Of a stretch of 64,000 nucleotides of DNA, positions 37,433-50,951 are shown piece after piece. The stretch is from assembly GCF_006345805.1 (NCBI RefSeq), contig NC_043000.1:33294001-33358000 (forward strand), read 5' to 3'. The notes beneath the pieces are model-generated. The model ran no database searches and was not told where the DNA came from. It worked only from the letters and a program-made list of their open reading frames with translations. Position 1 is the first letter of the stretch. The number at the start of each line of letters is the position of its first letter. A program made the translations under genes and the position numbers. Origin of the DNA: Octopus sinensis (taxonomy: Eukaryota).

Positions 37433-39638
37433 GTAAGGAATTAGAAATTTAACAATACTTATTTCAATTTCTCAACAAGGAAAAACAAATTTAATGAGAT
37501 TCAGTTTACTACCACAAGGGCCAACTTTTCTTTTAATCCTTTTGAAAATAGGACTGAAACTGAACTAAACTATTCCCTAAATGTCAATTAGAAACCATTA
37601 CAATCCAAATTACCGACTGAATCAGTCGAAAATGTTTCTGTCTTATCGAGACGTAGTTTATGAAAGAAAGGAAAGAATAATCTTTATTTCCACTAGGTTA
37701 TTGAAAACAGATGCTAGAACATGCAGGACAATAGGAAAATGCGGCAGCAATAAGGAGAGATGTTAATTAATGAAGTGAAATGTACCCACCACTGTGGAGG
37801 GTGTGGGGGGACACCAGATATTTTTCACTGTTCAATTTCACTAAATTACAGGGGTAGGTAGGATTGTGTGGTTTGCTTCTTAACCCCAGGGGCTTTGGGT
37901 GTGGCCCTACAGTAGAATGACATCCACCAAAGCCTCAGGAGTGATAATGACAGATGGAAACTATATGGAAGCCCATTGCAAGTGTGTGCATTGTGTGAAA
38001 GTCAACTCAGTGTTAACATGAGCACTGCTTAAGTGGAAAACAGAGACACTGGCTCTCCAGTAAACAAAAGATCCTTAAGTAAAGCAGGAGAACAAGACAA
38101 CCAGTGAAATGAAATAATGTCTTATTTCAAAAACAAGGAGTGGTGACTGGAAGGGCATCCAGCCATAAAAAACCTTGTCTGGTTAAAGTTTCATCTAACC
38201 CATAGCAACATAGAATAAGACATTTAAAAAAATCATGTTAATAGCCAATCAGTTTTTAATTAGATCTATCATTGGCTCCCAGCAACATTAACACTAGACA
38301 AATCAGTGAAAAGACAATCGCTTGATTGGACATCAAAATCTGACCAACTATGTTGAATCTGAACCCTTGTATACCTTGACATCTCTTATTGAAAATGAAT
38401 GAATCTCATGTCTTAATCTTGATTTTAATCCTTATGGAACGAATATAGTTGTTAGCCAGTCATTTATAGAATCATCATCGTTTAACGTCCGTTTTCCATG
38501 CTGACATGGGTTGGACGGCTCGACTGGGCTCCAGCTGGATGCTCTTCTTAACGCCAACCACTCTGAAAGTGTAGTGGGTGTTTTTTACATGCCACCAGCA
38601 CAGGGGCCAGAGGGGGCTGGCAACGACCACGATCAGTTGGCGCTTTTTACATGCCACCAACACAGAAGCCAGTCAAGGCAGCGCTGGCATCGACCACGTT
38701 CGTACAGTGTTTTTTTACGTGCCATCAGCATGGGGATCACAACTACAATTTCCATTTGATTTTGATGTACTTGACTCAATAGGTCTCCTCAAGCATGGCA
38801 CGTCGCCCTAAGAATACAGTCACTATAAAAATATATTTGATAATTAGTTATAAAACACATAAGTACTTTAATACTTTCATTTATTAAATTGAAATAAAAA
38901 TTAATTTACTTGGGTTAAAAATCCATGTAAACTATTGCTATAACCTTCAGAATATTGATAGCACTAAAGAAGTTGGTACCTGAAAGTATATCTGCTAATA
39001 TTATATTATATATATATCTGCTAATATCTGGAAAAAACTATACAATTACTTCAGAAATGTAACCCCTGACTTCTTTCAGTTTTCCATTTTTGTCTCTGTC
39101 TTAATCTCTGCCAAAACAACCCCCACCTGACTTCAATTTTAATTTGTATCATCTTGGATTCATATACCGGATCTGATTTTGCAGGGGGAAATTACTAAAT
39201 ATAATTTTTCATACTAATTACAAAAATAACCAGTTTCTTTCGAAATAATGAATATCATCATAATCAAAAATAAATACTGCAAGGGAAACTTGTCTCCAAA
39301 AACAAACGACAAGTGTGAGAACTGTGACTTACAGGATCAGAAACTGCTATATCTGATTGGATGAATTTCAAAAATTGTTCCATTTTTATACGTCTGTAAT
39401 GTCTTTATCGTTAATTTCTCCAATAAATGGATATGATTTTCGTAATTAACAAATGAAAAATTTCACGGGTAAAAATTTCCAAAAATTGAAATTAGTAAAC
39501 GAAACTGAAAAGGTCCATTATGAAAGTTGTTGGGGCTCAGTCTATAAATTAAGGTTTATAAAATGATAAATTCAAAATAAAACTTGATGTCCTAATTTTT
39601 ACAAGAGATGACTAACTGTCAATTTCATTTCTTTGCAG

Positions 39639-40402
39639 GTACAACCATTATGACAATCATTTTAATTGCTTATAACCGTTACAAACTTGTGGGCAACTAC
39701 CACAAATACATGGACCATTTCAACCAAATCAACATTGCAGCCATGTTAAGTATTGCATGGCTGTTACCATTGCTGTGTCTGCTGCCGCCATTATTACAAG
39801 TTTGGGGAAAATTTGGTTACGTGGAGAGACTAGCAACATGCAATCTATTTGAGGACAAACAATATTTCAAAGACATTTTATTGTTACTACGCACCCTCAT
39901 GCCAAGCATAATAATCATCTACTTTTACATAGGGATCTACCAGGCATCCAAAGCTCGCCACCTAAGACTGCCTTCTTTAAAGGATTCCATTACTTCACAA
40001 CAGCGAGAACGAAATGAGAAACGCATGACCAAGATGATGTTAACCATCATCTCCCTTTTTATTTTGTTTTATTTCCCCTGTACAATTACTGCTATAATAG
40101 ATCTCTATTATATCCTTTCAAAACCTCACCACCTATTTTGTAGGTTGTGTATTTATTTCGGAAGTGCTGTAAACCCTGTCATCTATGGCTTGACGAATTC
40201 ACAATTCAGTCATGCATACAAAAAGCTCATCAGCTGCAGACTTAAGATCAACCATAACATTCCACCCATCACTGTAATCCACCTGAGCACCCTCATCACA
40301 AAACCCTCCACACAACAACCACAAGTCACTTTGCTGTCCACTCTGCCAAAAAAAACAGACACAAACCTATCAAATAACGAATTACATCAAACGTTATGCT
40401 AA
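39639..40402 (+). CDS. Class A GPCR, exon 3 (TM3-TM7 and C-tail)
   Basis: IAYNRY (NRY variant of DRY), TM4 W-x-x-P, ECL2 Cys, TM6 FYFP and TM7 NPVIY. The spliced CDS is 1134 nt (377 aa) with no internal stop. Confidence 0.9.
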
Positions 40403-41822
40403 TACAACCAAATTAGGTGAACAGACTTTAATCAAAATATCAGCAGATGTATGTTATTTTAATAAATTAATCTAATTAAATCATTAGTCTTGGCTTTCAC
40501 TCCTTCATACCAATGATTTCGTTCATTTTTGGCAGATTTGTTTCCATTTTAAAACCTACATACAATGTATGTAACTGCACTATAAATATATTTATCACCC
40601 AGTGGGAGAGAGAGAAATCAGTTTTTTAAACCAATATACATTCCCATACACCCTCCAAAAGACATATAAAAAAAAGGGGGGGGGGGCTGCAGTTTCAGGC
40701 CATCTGACCATTACCACCACAAAACCTAAGGAAATTTCCAGAATGGATTGTTTGTAAACCAGTGTTAATAAGCTAAAAGTCACCACTACGCAAAATAATT
40801 ACTGCTACCAGGAAATTATCAAAATGACATTGCATCAAAGAGTAAAAATAGAATTCAAGGCCCAGTGTCCAGCTTTTACTCAAACTCCACAAATGACCAA
40901 CACTCACAATCTATATTACTTACATCTAAGTCATTGATTAATTTCCATATTTTCAAGCCAAAACTGTGGCCTCCTGTTGCATCTATGTCACCAGCACACC
41001 TCCTAACCTTCATATACACATGTCTATGCAAGATTTTTGTTGTTGCTGTTCACTTACAGAACTTCTGTTTATCATTATACTGCAATTTATTGCCCCTTTT
41101 TTTTTAATTGTTATTATTTCATTAGTAATTAAAGCGTCTAAATCACTGATTAAAAAATGTTCTTACTACACCTTCACTCCTACCATCATCAGTTAACATC
41201 CATTTTCCATGCTGGCATGGGTTGGACGGTTTGATAGGAGTTGGCCAGGCATGTCTGTTTTGGCATGGTGTCTATGGCTGGATGCCCTTCCTAATGCCAA
41301 CCACTTTACAGAGAGTAAAAAGGGTGCTTTTACACAGCATCAGCACCCACGAGTCTGCAAGACTAGAAATGCTCAGCTGGAGAGGGATGCAGGGGACACC
41401 ACCAGAAGCCTCACTCTACTGTCATCCCCTCTGCCCACACCCCAATGTCTGAAGATCCTTTTTCACCACTTTGTCCCACATCTTGATCTTCAAGTAAAGT
41501 TCTAAATCCTACATCTTCACACACCAAACAGCTGGTCATTTTGCAAAAAGGAGACATCACCACCCAACCAGTGTTAATATGAAAATGCAACATACACCCA
41601 TTGCACAACGACATCAGAATGATGGCCTTGGGTGTGCATACTGTGTATAGAAAAGAGACACTTAAAATGCAATCAGTTCCTGAATCAAGAAATGGGTTAC
41701 CAAACACTGATTTGTCACAGTTGAGGGAACAGGAAGATGATGAAAATGAGAAGTTTAGTAGTGTATGATACAGACATATACAGGGACAGATGTTTATAGA
41801 GATACAGAAATGTATATGTATG

Positions 41823-41889
<67 letters not shown>

Positions 41890-42118
41890 AGAGAGGCAGG
41901 CAGTTAAGGATAAATTCAACTGTGTTTAATTCCATTGCTAATTCAGGAACCAAATAATGAAAAGTTACACTTATAGTTAGTGTAATATGTAGTAATTGGT
42001 ACAGATGAAGGTGTGTGGTAAAAAAGTTTACTTTAGAACATGGTTGGGGGTTCTAACACACTGCAGGAATCCCATCAACCAAGTATTCCAAGTGAAACTT
42101 GGTAGACTTTAACCGATA

Positions 42119-42565
42119 TACGAGGGTGAGTCAAAAAGTAATGCTATTCTGTTTAGGACAGGTATAATTACCAACACAGGGAAATGTATCATACATCAAA
42201 ATGAAGTTGGTCCTGTGGTGGATCATATCCCTACTTCTCAACATAGTCACTGTTTCTCACAATAGCAATGTTCCACCTTTGAATGAGAGCATGTATCCCT
42301 GCCCTGTAATATTCTGTTGACAGTTCTTTGAGCCACTTCTTCACTACAGTTTTCATTTCTTCGTCACTGGAATTAATGTTTGCCTCTCAAACCTTCTTCC
42401 GTGGTACCGAAGAGATGATAGTCTGAAGGCACTAAATATGGTGGAGGTAGTGAAGAAGTGGCTCAAAGAACAGTTAGCAGAATATTACAGGGCAGGGATA
42501 CATGCTTTCATTCAAAGGTAGAACATTGCTATTGAGAGAAACGGTGACCATGTTGAGAAGTAGGA
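42119..42565. mobile_element. mariner-derived foldback element
   Basis: TACGAGGGTGAGTCAAAAAG TIR-like start. Inverted arms of about 119 bp (42229-42347, 42447-42565) encode the mariner C-terminus WLKEQ..YYRAGIH..GDHVEK*. Confidence 0.7.
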
Positions 42566-43410
42566 TTTTGTTGACCCAAGGATATAGCAGAAGACACCTG
42601 CCCGAGGTGCCACACATTAGGACTGAACCCAGAACCATGGGGTTGGGAAGCAAGCTCCTTACCACACAGCCACGCCTGCACAGATATAAATAGGCGGCAA
42701 GCTGGCAGAAATGTCAGCATGCCGGGCAAAATGCTTAGCAGTATTTTGTCTGTTTTCACATTCGGAGCTCAAATTCCACCAAGGTCGAATTTGCCTTTCA
42801 TCCTTTCAAGGTCAATAAATTAAGTACCAGTTGCGTACTGGAATCAATCTAATCGATGCTCCCCCTCCCCAAAAACTTCAGAACTTGTGCCTAGAGCAGA
42901 AAAGTGTGTATATATATATCATTTCACATTTGTTTTCCATACTGGCATGGGTTGGGTGATTTGATAGGGGTTAATAAGCCAGAGAGCTGCGTCAGGACCC
43001 AATTGTTTGTTTGGCATGGTTTCTACAGCTGTATACCCTTCCTAAAACCAACTTTAGAAAGTGTGTAGGGTGTTTTTTACGTGGCACCCTGGGCAAGCGT
43101 CTTCTACTATAGCCCCAGGCTGACCAAAACCGTATGAGTGGAACTGAAAAGACAGAAAGTGAAAAAGGCCTTCATACAGGTGCGTATCTCCTTTTCTTTG
43201 ACACCATGATCACCTTCATGCAGGGAATGTCCATTCCTAATCTTACATGAAAACATATTTGGTCATGGGGAAATATTACATTCCTTGGAAAAAGGTGAGG
43301 GTTAACAACAGGTTTTCTGGCCAGAGAAAATCTCCCTTGACAAATTCCATCCGACCCATGCAAGCAAGGGAAAAGTGGACATTAAAACGACACACAAGCA
43401 GAGATCTTTA

Positions 43411-43510
43411 ACAGTGAATCAGTGCGCAGTTGACTTCAGATGAATCCCCCAGCACCATAAGGCGTAAGGGGCCATCAGAATCGATCGTCATTTCTCATCA
43501 TATTCACTGT
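43411..43510 (-). ncRNA. Box C/D snoRNA, copy B (family unassigned)
   Basis: Minus strand: ACAGTGAA-T-ATGATGA (box C)...CTGA (D')...CTGA (D)-TTCACTGT, with an 8-bp terminal stem and an internal CCCC/GGGG hairpin. The D' guide is GACGATCGATT. Confidence 0.85.
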
Positions 43511-43557
43511 AAAACATTCAGAAAACCATTCCAATATAGTTTATCTAAAGACCTTAC

Positions 43558-43607
43558 AGACAGTTCCACCAGGTACCGTCGACTCTAGATAACAGGAAGA
43601 TAAGAAT
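43558..43607 (-). other. Putative 50-nt non-coding exon between the two C/D snoRNA copies
   Basis: Acceptor ctgatttctttag| and donor TCT|gtaaggt, lying about 47 nt upstream of the C/D snoRNA at 43510. Confidence 0.35.
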
Positions 43608-43749
43608 CTAAAGAAATCAGATTCAGAAAGGCAAATGGCTAATTGATAAAAACAGTTCTTTAATTAAAAATCAACATATTTAAGATTTTTTTTAATTATT
43701 CACATGAAAGGAGATCATCTTCCCCAATGTGTCTGTACTTAATTGTTGA

Positions 43750-43785
<36 letters not shown>

Positions 43786-45367
43786 AGACACATCTGTGGT
43801 GTCTGTTAACCCTTTTGTTATTATATTTCTGTTGAAATACACTGACTTGGTTTCGATTTTGGAAATAAAGATTTTACTAGGTTGAGGAAAAAGTTTGAGT
43901 GAACTGAATGAATACACACCACAAAATATATATATATAAAGCATTATTTTAACAAGGCACAAAAAAATTTTCCCCCAAACTAATAGTAAAATAACTGTCT
44001 TTAAGCTGTTTGGAACTTTTCTGAAAGTTGTTATTTAGATATTTTTTAAAGCAGAAAGTTTGTGCCACAGAACAAGCAACAACTTCAAGCAAGTTGATTT
44101 TTTAAGAGGGGTGATAAAAGAGATACTCTACGATTTATGTTGTGTGGTAAGAAGTTTGCTACTCAACTACATTGTTCTGGGTTCGGTCCCACTGTGCAGC
44201 ACCTTGGGGAAGTACCTTTCTTACAGCCTAGGCCAACCAAGCCTTCAGAGTGGATTTGACTGAGGGAAACTGAAATAAGTTTGTCATTTATACATGGCTG
44301 TCTTTGTCCCCCACCAACACTTGACAGTGTTGGTTTGTTTACGTCCTTGTAAATTAACAGCAAGAGAGACTGACAGGAATAAGTACAAAGCTTTAAAAAA
44401 GTTGAGTTCCGAGGTCGATTTGTCTAAACCCTTCAAGGCAGAACCCCGGGATGGCTACTGTCCAATGACTGAGACAAGATAAAAGCATACACCAGTCGTG
44501 TTTTCAAATAAACACGCGCACACAGTATGTTGTGAGGGAATAACCTCCTTCATGATGGAAGCAAGAAATTTCTCAAATTTCCTGTTCAATTGCAGAACGA
44601 GAAAAGAAAGCCCTTCTAAGGGATAATGGTCAGAGGCCCTCACAGGGAAAGGGGAGATAATTCATTGAATTTATCGACAAATTTGGATTGATCAGAGTTT
44701 GAAAGGAAAGGGAGATAACTAGACAGGTCTTGGTCTAATTAGACAACATAACCAGGCCAGCGATGAATGTATTTATTGGTCCACCAATATTATTTCTCAA
44801 GAGTTCGTTTATTAATTGTGCTGAGAGAGACAGAGAATAGCAATGACTTTAGCCCTCGCAAGGTACCAGACAAACCCAAAGTGCTGGCGCCACTATAAAA
44901 CTCACCCAGGACACCTTGTAAGGAAAAATAACCAGCCATAGAAATCATGCCAAAAATAAAACGGAGTGAGGCCCTGCTCATGCCATGATGGAAAGTGGAC
45001 ACGAACTGAGGTCTTCTCCATTCTATATAAATAAATGCAGCAACATGACTTTTGGAATAAAAAAAAGAAAGACGAACACCGAGACTAGAATAATTGATAT
45101 CAAGGGCATCTGAGCATAAAATGAAAGGTGGGGTGGATGCACAATCAGTGTGTTTAAACAGATACACACTAAGGTAGGCATTGTGTCCAAATACACAAGT
45201 CTATGCAGTGGCGCATGGCTTGGTGTTCGACTCGTCATAAGATTGTGGTTTCAATTCCCGGATCAGACGATGCAGTTTTCCTGAGTTTCGTTTTATGCTG
45301 CCCCACTCGACTTCGCTGGTGAAAATGAGTAACCCCACAACGAAACGGTGTCCCACCCAAGAAGGAG

Positions 45368-45401
<34 letters not shown>

Positions 45402-45623
45402 ATATACATATATATATTCAGATGAATATGGTACTTAAGTCAAAGGCACCAGAATTTTGTATGGTATTATCCATATAAATCAAATGGGGTGATTATAATC
45501 AAAATAAGCAACAAGTATATCCGAGGTAGAGTAGTACAATTGTTTCAGGCTAGTGTTTAATAAAATGAAGTAGCATGAAACAATTGTACTACTCTACCCT
45601 GGATATACTTGTTGCTTATTTTG

Positions 45624-45656
<33 letters not shown>

Positions 45657-46820
45657 GATGTTCCTTATGGAGTAATGCGGACAAATCATACAAGTAGATG
45701 CACACTTGTATACTTGCTTGTGTTCAGGTATATAGTATATACACACATGCACTTGTATTTAAATACATACACACACACACACTTGTGTTAAGCAGAAGTG
45801 CACTTGCAGTTTTTAAATATAATCCCAGCACTGAATGATGACTAAGAGAGGCCACAATCAGAGATAAGCAATCACAAAATAAATAGCTGCAGCAGCTTGA
45901 GGCTTAATGTATTTCGGTGAAATTACAGGAGTTAAAAATAAAACCGTATCAGAATATAGAAAGGAAGATGTGCATGGGTGTGTATGTGTGGCTGAAGATA
46001 AAATGTTGGTATAGCTGAGCGGTACCTGGTGCAGCCCTCAGGCTTGCCAGCCTCCCGTCAAACCATGCCAACATGGAGAATGTATGATGGTGATGATTTA
46101 GATATGCTACATTAATTCTGTATCTACATCCCGGCTAAACTATTAAAGAAAGCTAACGAAAAGAGCAGAAAGATTAATTGTAAACAAGCAACACCTGAGA
46201 CAGATGCTGCAAATAATACCATCAAACCCTGCTCTGGGGACCTGAATATAATTTCCATACCAGTAATTTGGATCAGTGGTTCTCAACCAATTTTTTTCTT
46301 TTAATCTATGGACCCCTCTGATTTCCATTCTACTCCAATATACCCCCATAGCCATTCGATTTTTTAAAAAATCCTATTATATTCTTAGAATATTATTAGG
46401 CGGTGAGCTGGCAGAATCGTTAACATGCTTGACGAAATGCTTAGCAGCATCTCACCAACTGCTACGTTCTGAGTTCAAATTCCACCTCGGTCAACTTTGC
46501 CTTTGATCCTTTCATGGTCGATAAAGTACCAGTTACACACTAGTCCCTTCCCTCAAAATTTCACGCCTTGTGCCTTTAATAGAGAAAATTATTAGGAATT
46601 GTAGAAAATAAAATTAAAATATTTTGTATATTGTAAAAGTTATAAGCAATTCATTGCAAATAAATTTTAACAAAATCTTACATGAGCCCCCACCACCACC
46701 ACCACTTAGAGCCATATGGACCCTGGTGGAGACCCAGTTTTAGATGGTTGAATAGGACCCAATGGGTCAAAAGATCACATATTGCTCCAGTTTCAGTTTT
46801 GGCAAGAATTCTTAACCACA

Positions 46821-47015
46821 GGCATATGGCGTAGTTGTTAAGAGCGCAGGCCACTAACCCCAAGATTACAAGTTTGATTTTCGGCAGTGAACTGAATAAC
46901 ACCGAAAAATACCTTAGAAATGAGAACCCGGGTTCGAAATTTCGCCAAGACACCTGATGGAGGCTGGAGGGTATATCAGCCAAAACGTGTTAATAACAAA
47001 CAAGCTGAGGACAAA
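46821..47015 (+). mobile_element. Second copy of the tRNA-head/hammerhead repeat, core mutated
   Basis: Complete tRNA-like head GGCATATGGCGTAGTTGTTAAGAGCGC; GGCTG/CAGCC stem intact but the core reads CTGATGG and AAAA. Confidence 0.6.
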
Positions 47016-47507
47016 TGAAAATACTCTGAGATTTCTGTTGTTGCCTTTCCTAATGCCAACCATTCTACAGACTACTGGGTACTTTTTAACAGGCACCAAC
47101 ATTAGAAAAGTCACTTTGTAGCTGCAAAGACTGAAGAGCCCAATATAAAATATGAGGAACGGCTTTTGTTACAAGGGTGTTAATGGAGGGACCGAAAGAC
47201 GTCCAAAGAAAAGAGTAATAGAAGGGTAAAGTTTAGAGAGATTTAGTGATAGGGGTAGTGGGGTGGGTTTAGTAGAAACTTAAGCACAACCTCACATTAC
47301 ATATGGAAGGAGATAAAAATGATGATAACAAGGAACAAGAGTGTGTCAAGATAAGGTGAAGAACAGAGAGCAGCAACAGGGGGTGGATGTAGATGCTAGG
47401 AATGATGAAAAGAGGTCTATAGCAAGTGGAGCATGATGTGGGCCATACATGTAATTACACCAGAGTCCATCACAACCACTTTGCTTGCACAAGGGGACAG
47501 ATCCTCA

Positions 47508-47605
47508 ACAGTGAATCAGTGCGCAGTTGACTACAAATGAATCCCCCTCCACCAAAGTGTAAGGGGCCATCAGAATCGATCGTCATTTCTCATCATATTC
47601 ACTGT
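47508..47605 (-). ncRNA. Box C/D snoRNA, copy A (paralog of 43411-43510)
   Basis: Identical terminal stem, C, D' and D boxes and both guide segments. Differences are confined to the internal hairpin and linker; more distant flanks are unrelated. Confidence 0.85.
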
Positions 47606-48134
47606 CAAGAATTCCAAAGAGACAGTGAAATTCTATCTGCAACCAGTCACTGATGTACAAGCCGTCACAAAAGAAACTAAATCTATCGAGGTGTATTTAA
47701 TGCAGTTGCATCGGTGTCCACACACAAACTCCAATCAAGTCAAAGCTAAATAATATTAAAATACTGTCACAAGATCACAACAAAGGTTAGTCTTTTACAG
47801 GATTTAAGCCTTTTGTTACCATATTCCTGTTGAGATGCTCTGTGTTTCTTTCAATTAATTTTAAATATAACAAAGAATTTAGTATAAAAACTTGGTTATT
47901 ATTCAGCTAGTGTTAGGAACATAAATTGTGACTAAGGTTTGGTGGAAGATTTTAATTCAAAACTTATTGTAAAGAAGACATTTGTACTCGGAACTAGAGC
48001 CGGGTTGGTATGGCCAAGATTGAGTATTACCCTCAATATACACCTCAGGACATATTTTAGTTGCAGTCATATCAACCTCTATTTCAAATCAAGATACTAC
48101 ATATGTGTATGTGCGTGTGTACCAGAAGATTAGA

Positions 48135-48780
48135 GCTACATCATGGGTTAGCAACCATTACATCAGCCTATGCCCCTCAGCCGGGGCTACCTGATGGACA
48201 GAATGACCGATTTTATGACACCCTCTTGCAGACTACCTCATTGACGATTTGGCTAGTGACGTCAATGAACATGTTGGACAACATGCAGGGGCCTTCCATG
48301 GCATACATGGAGGCTACGGTTTTGGTTCTTGCAATGAGGAGGGAACCAGGCTGCTTGAGTTCTGCAATGCAAATGATCTTATGGTTTGCAATATTAACTT
48401 CAGGAAACCTGCCAGTCACCTACCATTCTGGCAGACACACTAGCCAAATTGACTACATCCTCGCTGGAAAAAGGGAAAGATGGCTGCTAATAAATGCCAA
48501 AACCTTCTCAGGCGAAGAATGTATCCCACAACATAGACTAGTAGATAGCGACTTCAGGATCAGGGCTAAATGGATGCCCAGAAGACGACCAGCACGGAGA
48601 AGGGTCTGGAAACGTAAGGATCCTGTGAATGGACAGAAATTTAGAGACATATTAATCGAAGCCTTTGACGAAATAGAAGGGAATATAGCATCACATGATG
48701 TGGAAGACAACTGGAGGTTTCTACAGGACAACCTGCTGAGGGCCAATGACCAGATCTGTGGATGGTGCAAAGTCCCCTCT
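48135..48780 (+). mobile_element. RTE-clade LINE AP-endonuclease fragment
   Basis: SAYAPQ, NEEGTRLLEF, SQIDYIL and PQHRLV motifs, split across frames. Confidence 0.85.
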
Positions 48781-50751
48781 TGACCCAGTGACACAACATA
48801 AACTTGAGATCAGTTCAAATATGCAGCAGATACATATTTGAACCTGTAAAGGCTCTTTCGTTTTAGACAAAATGTTAGAACACCATAGCCCAGAAAGCCT
48901 AGCTTTTCTATATAAGAACTCAGTAAATATTTACCGTGGTCATTACCAGTGCCACCAGACTGGTCCTGTGCCGGTGGCACATAAAAAGCACCCACTACAC
49001 TCTCGGAGTGGTTGGCATTAGGAAGGGCATCCAGCTGTAGAAACTTTACCAGATCAGATTGGAGTCTGGTGCAGCTTCCTGGCTTATCAGTCCTCATTCA
49101 AACCGTCCAACCCATGCCAGCATGGAAAGTGGATGTTAAACGATGAAGATTGCATGCTTAGGCTGCTAGACTGGAACAAACAGGTGTCTGAGTGCATAGT
49201 GCAGAGACTGAACTCCTTTATTTGTCAAAAATTGAGATTGGAGATTTAATGTAGAGTTTTTCTCACCACATCAAAGGAGCTTTCAACATATACTACATGA
49301 TCTTTATGTATCCATGTGGTAGGAAGTCTTTGCCTCCAAACCCCATGGTTTCAAGATCAGGGCAAGTGTCTTCTACTTTGGCCCTGAGTTAACTACAGCC
49401 TTGAGTGGATTTGAAAGGTAGAAACCGAAAGAAGTCTATCATATATGCATGTGTGTGCGTTACTCTTTGTCTTGACATTTTGCAATGGCTGTAAACGAGT
49501 GTCACCGTCCTGCAAATGGTGGGTTTCCAATCTCCTGTGAAAAACATGTCTGATTATGGGGAAGTATCAGGTAAGGGTTGGCTACAGGAAGGACATCCAG
49601 CCATACAGAATCTATCTCAACAAATTTCATTCAGCCCATGCACTTCAATTAAGCATCAATTTTACAGGTTCTTTAATCTTGTTTTTTTTTTAAATCCTCA
49701 CAAATTTACCCCCATCATCCTCTGAAGACACAATTTCATGATTGCATCAGTCATAGGGAATTTGAGGGATCAATAACTGACTGCCTTTCCTGCCACCAAC
49801 CCTTAGTTTCCAAGCAAGGTAATATTACACCCATGATCAGGTATGTTTTTCACATAAAGCTGGAAATGGACAACCTCACTTGTATGACGGTGACGCTCGT
49901 TTACAACCATTGCTCGCGTGACTTTTAGACAAGGGTACACAAACACAAATGGCAAGCTTGTTTCCGTCAACCAAATCCACTCCCAATTCGTTGGTCAGCC
50001 AAGGTCTATAGAAGACCATTTGCCTAAGGGGCCATGCGGTGTGTTTACCAAACAGCTATGCCTGCGTCTGCTTGTGTGTGTATATTCCACACACACACAA
50101 GATTGTCTGTGCCATTCTCTCTCTTTGATCTGAATCTCTACAAAAGAAATAATGGTGCTCCTTTGACTGAAACACAAACGTAGAAACAGAGTTTCGAGAC
50201 AAGATTTGATTTCAAATAATCTTAAGCCTACCACTAACGAAAGATAAAAGATAGTTAAAAGAGAATACAATTGCATTAATGTTTAAAGTTTAAAATAATA
50301 CCAGAAGTGAACACCCTTATAAATCATGAGCAGTTCCTGATGGGGGATGTATCCCCACGCTGGATTTGATTGTTTGCAACTTCAAAACTGAGGGGAATAT
50401 TTCTTTCAAGTGCATCCCACCACGCCGCGTGGGGGGCTGCACTTGTAAAAATTTACCAATATAATACTGTCCCTGGACAATTATAATTTCACGGCAGATT
50501 GGAAACTGTTTGTAAACAGTAACGCAAAAATACAACGGTCTTCCTTCAGTTTCCGTCCACCAAATTCACTTACAAACCAGGTCTCTATAGACACTCGCTT
50601 AAGGTGCCACAAAGAGGGACTGAACGTGTAACCATGTGGTTGAGAAACCAGCTTCTCAACTACGGAGCCACGTATTAATAACTACCACACTACCAGGTGG
50701 ATATAAACAGGATACTAATCGTAATTACAATCTCTCATTTATTAACTAATG

Positions 50752-50951
50752 GTACTACTTGAGAACAGTGGTCCCGGTGCGCGCACTCGCGTATCCGCGC
50801 TAGCTAGTCATGACTAATCGGATCCTTACTTTGTGCAAAAAGTTATTTATTTTGTGTTTTATTTACTTTGCTAAGTAGTCGTTGTAGGATCGACTAGTCA
50901 CGAGTAGCTAGCGCGGATGCGAGCGCCGGGACCACTGTTCTCAAGTAGTAC
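50752..50951. mobile_element. 200-bp foldback/MITE with ~70-bp imperfect TIRs
   Basis: GTACTACTTGAGAACAGTGGTCCCGG...CCGGGACCACTGTTCTCAAGTAGTAC. Confidence 0.7.
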
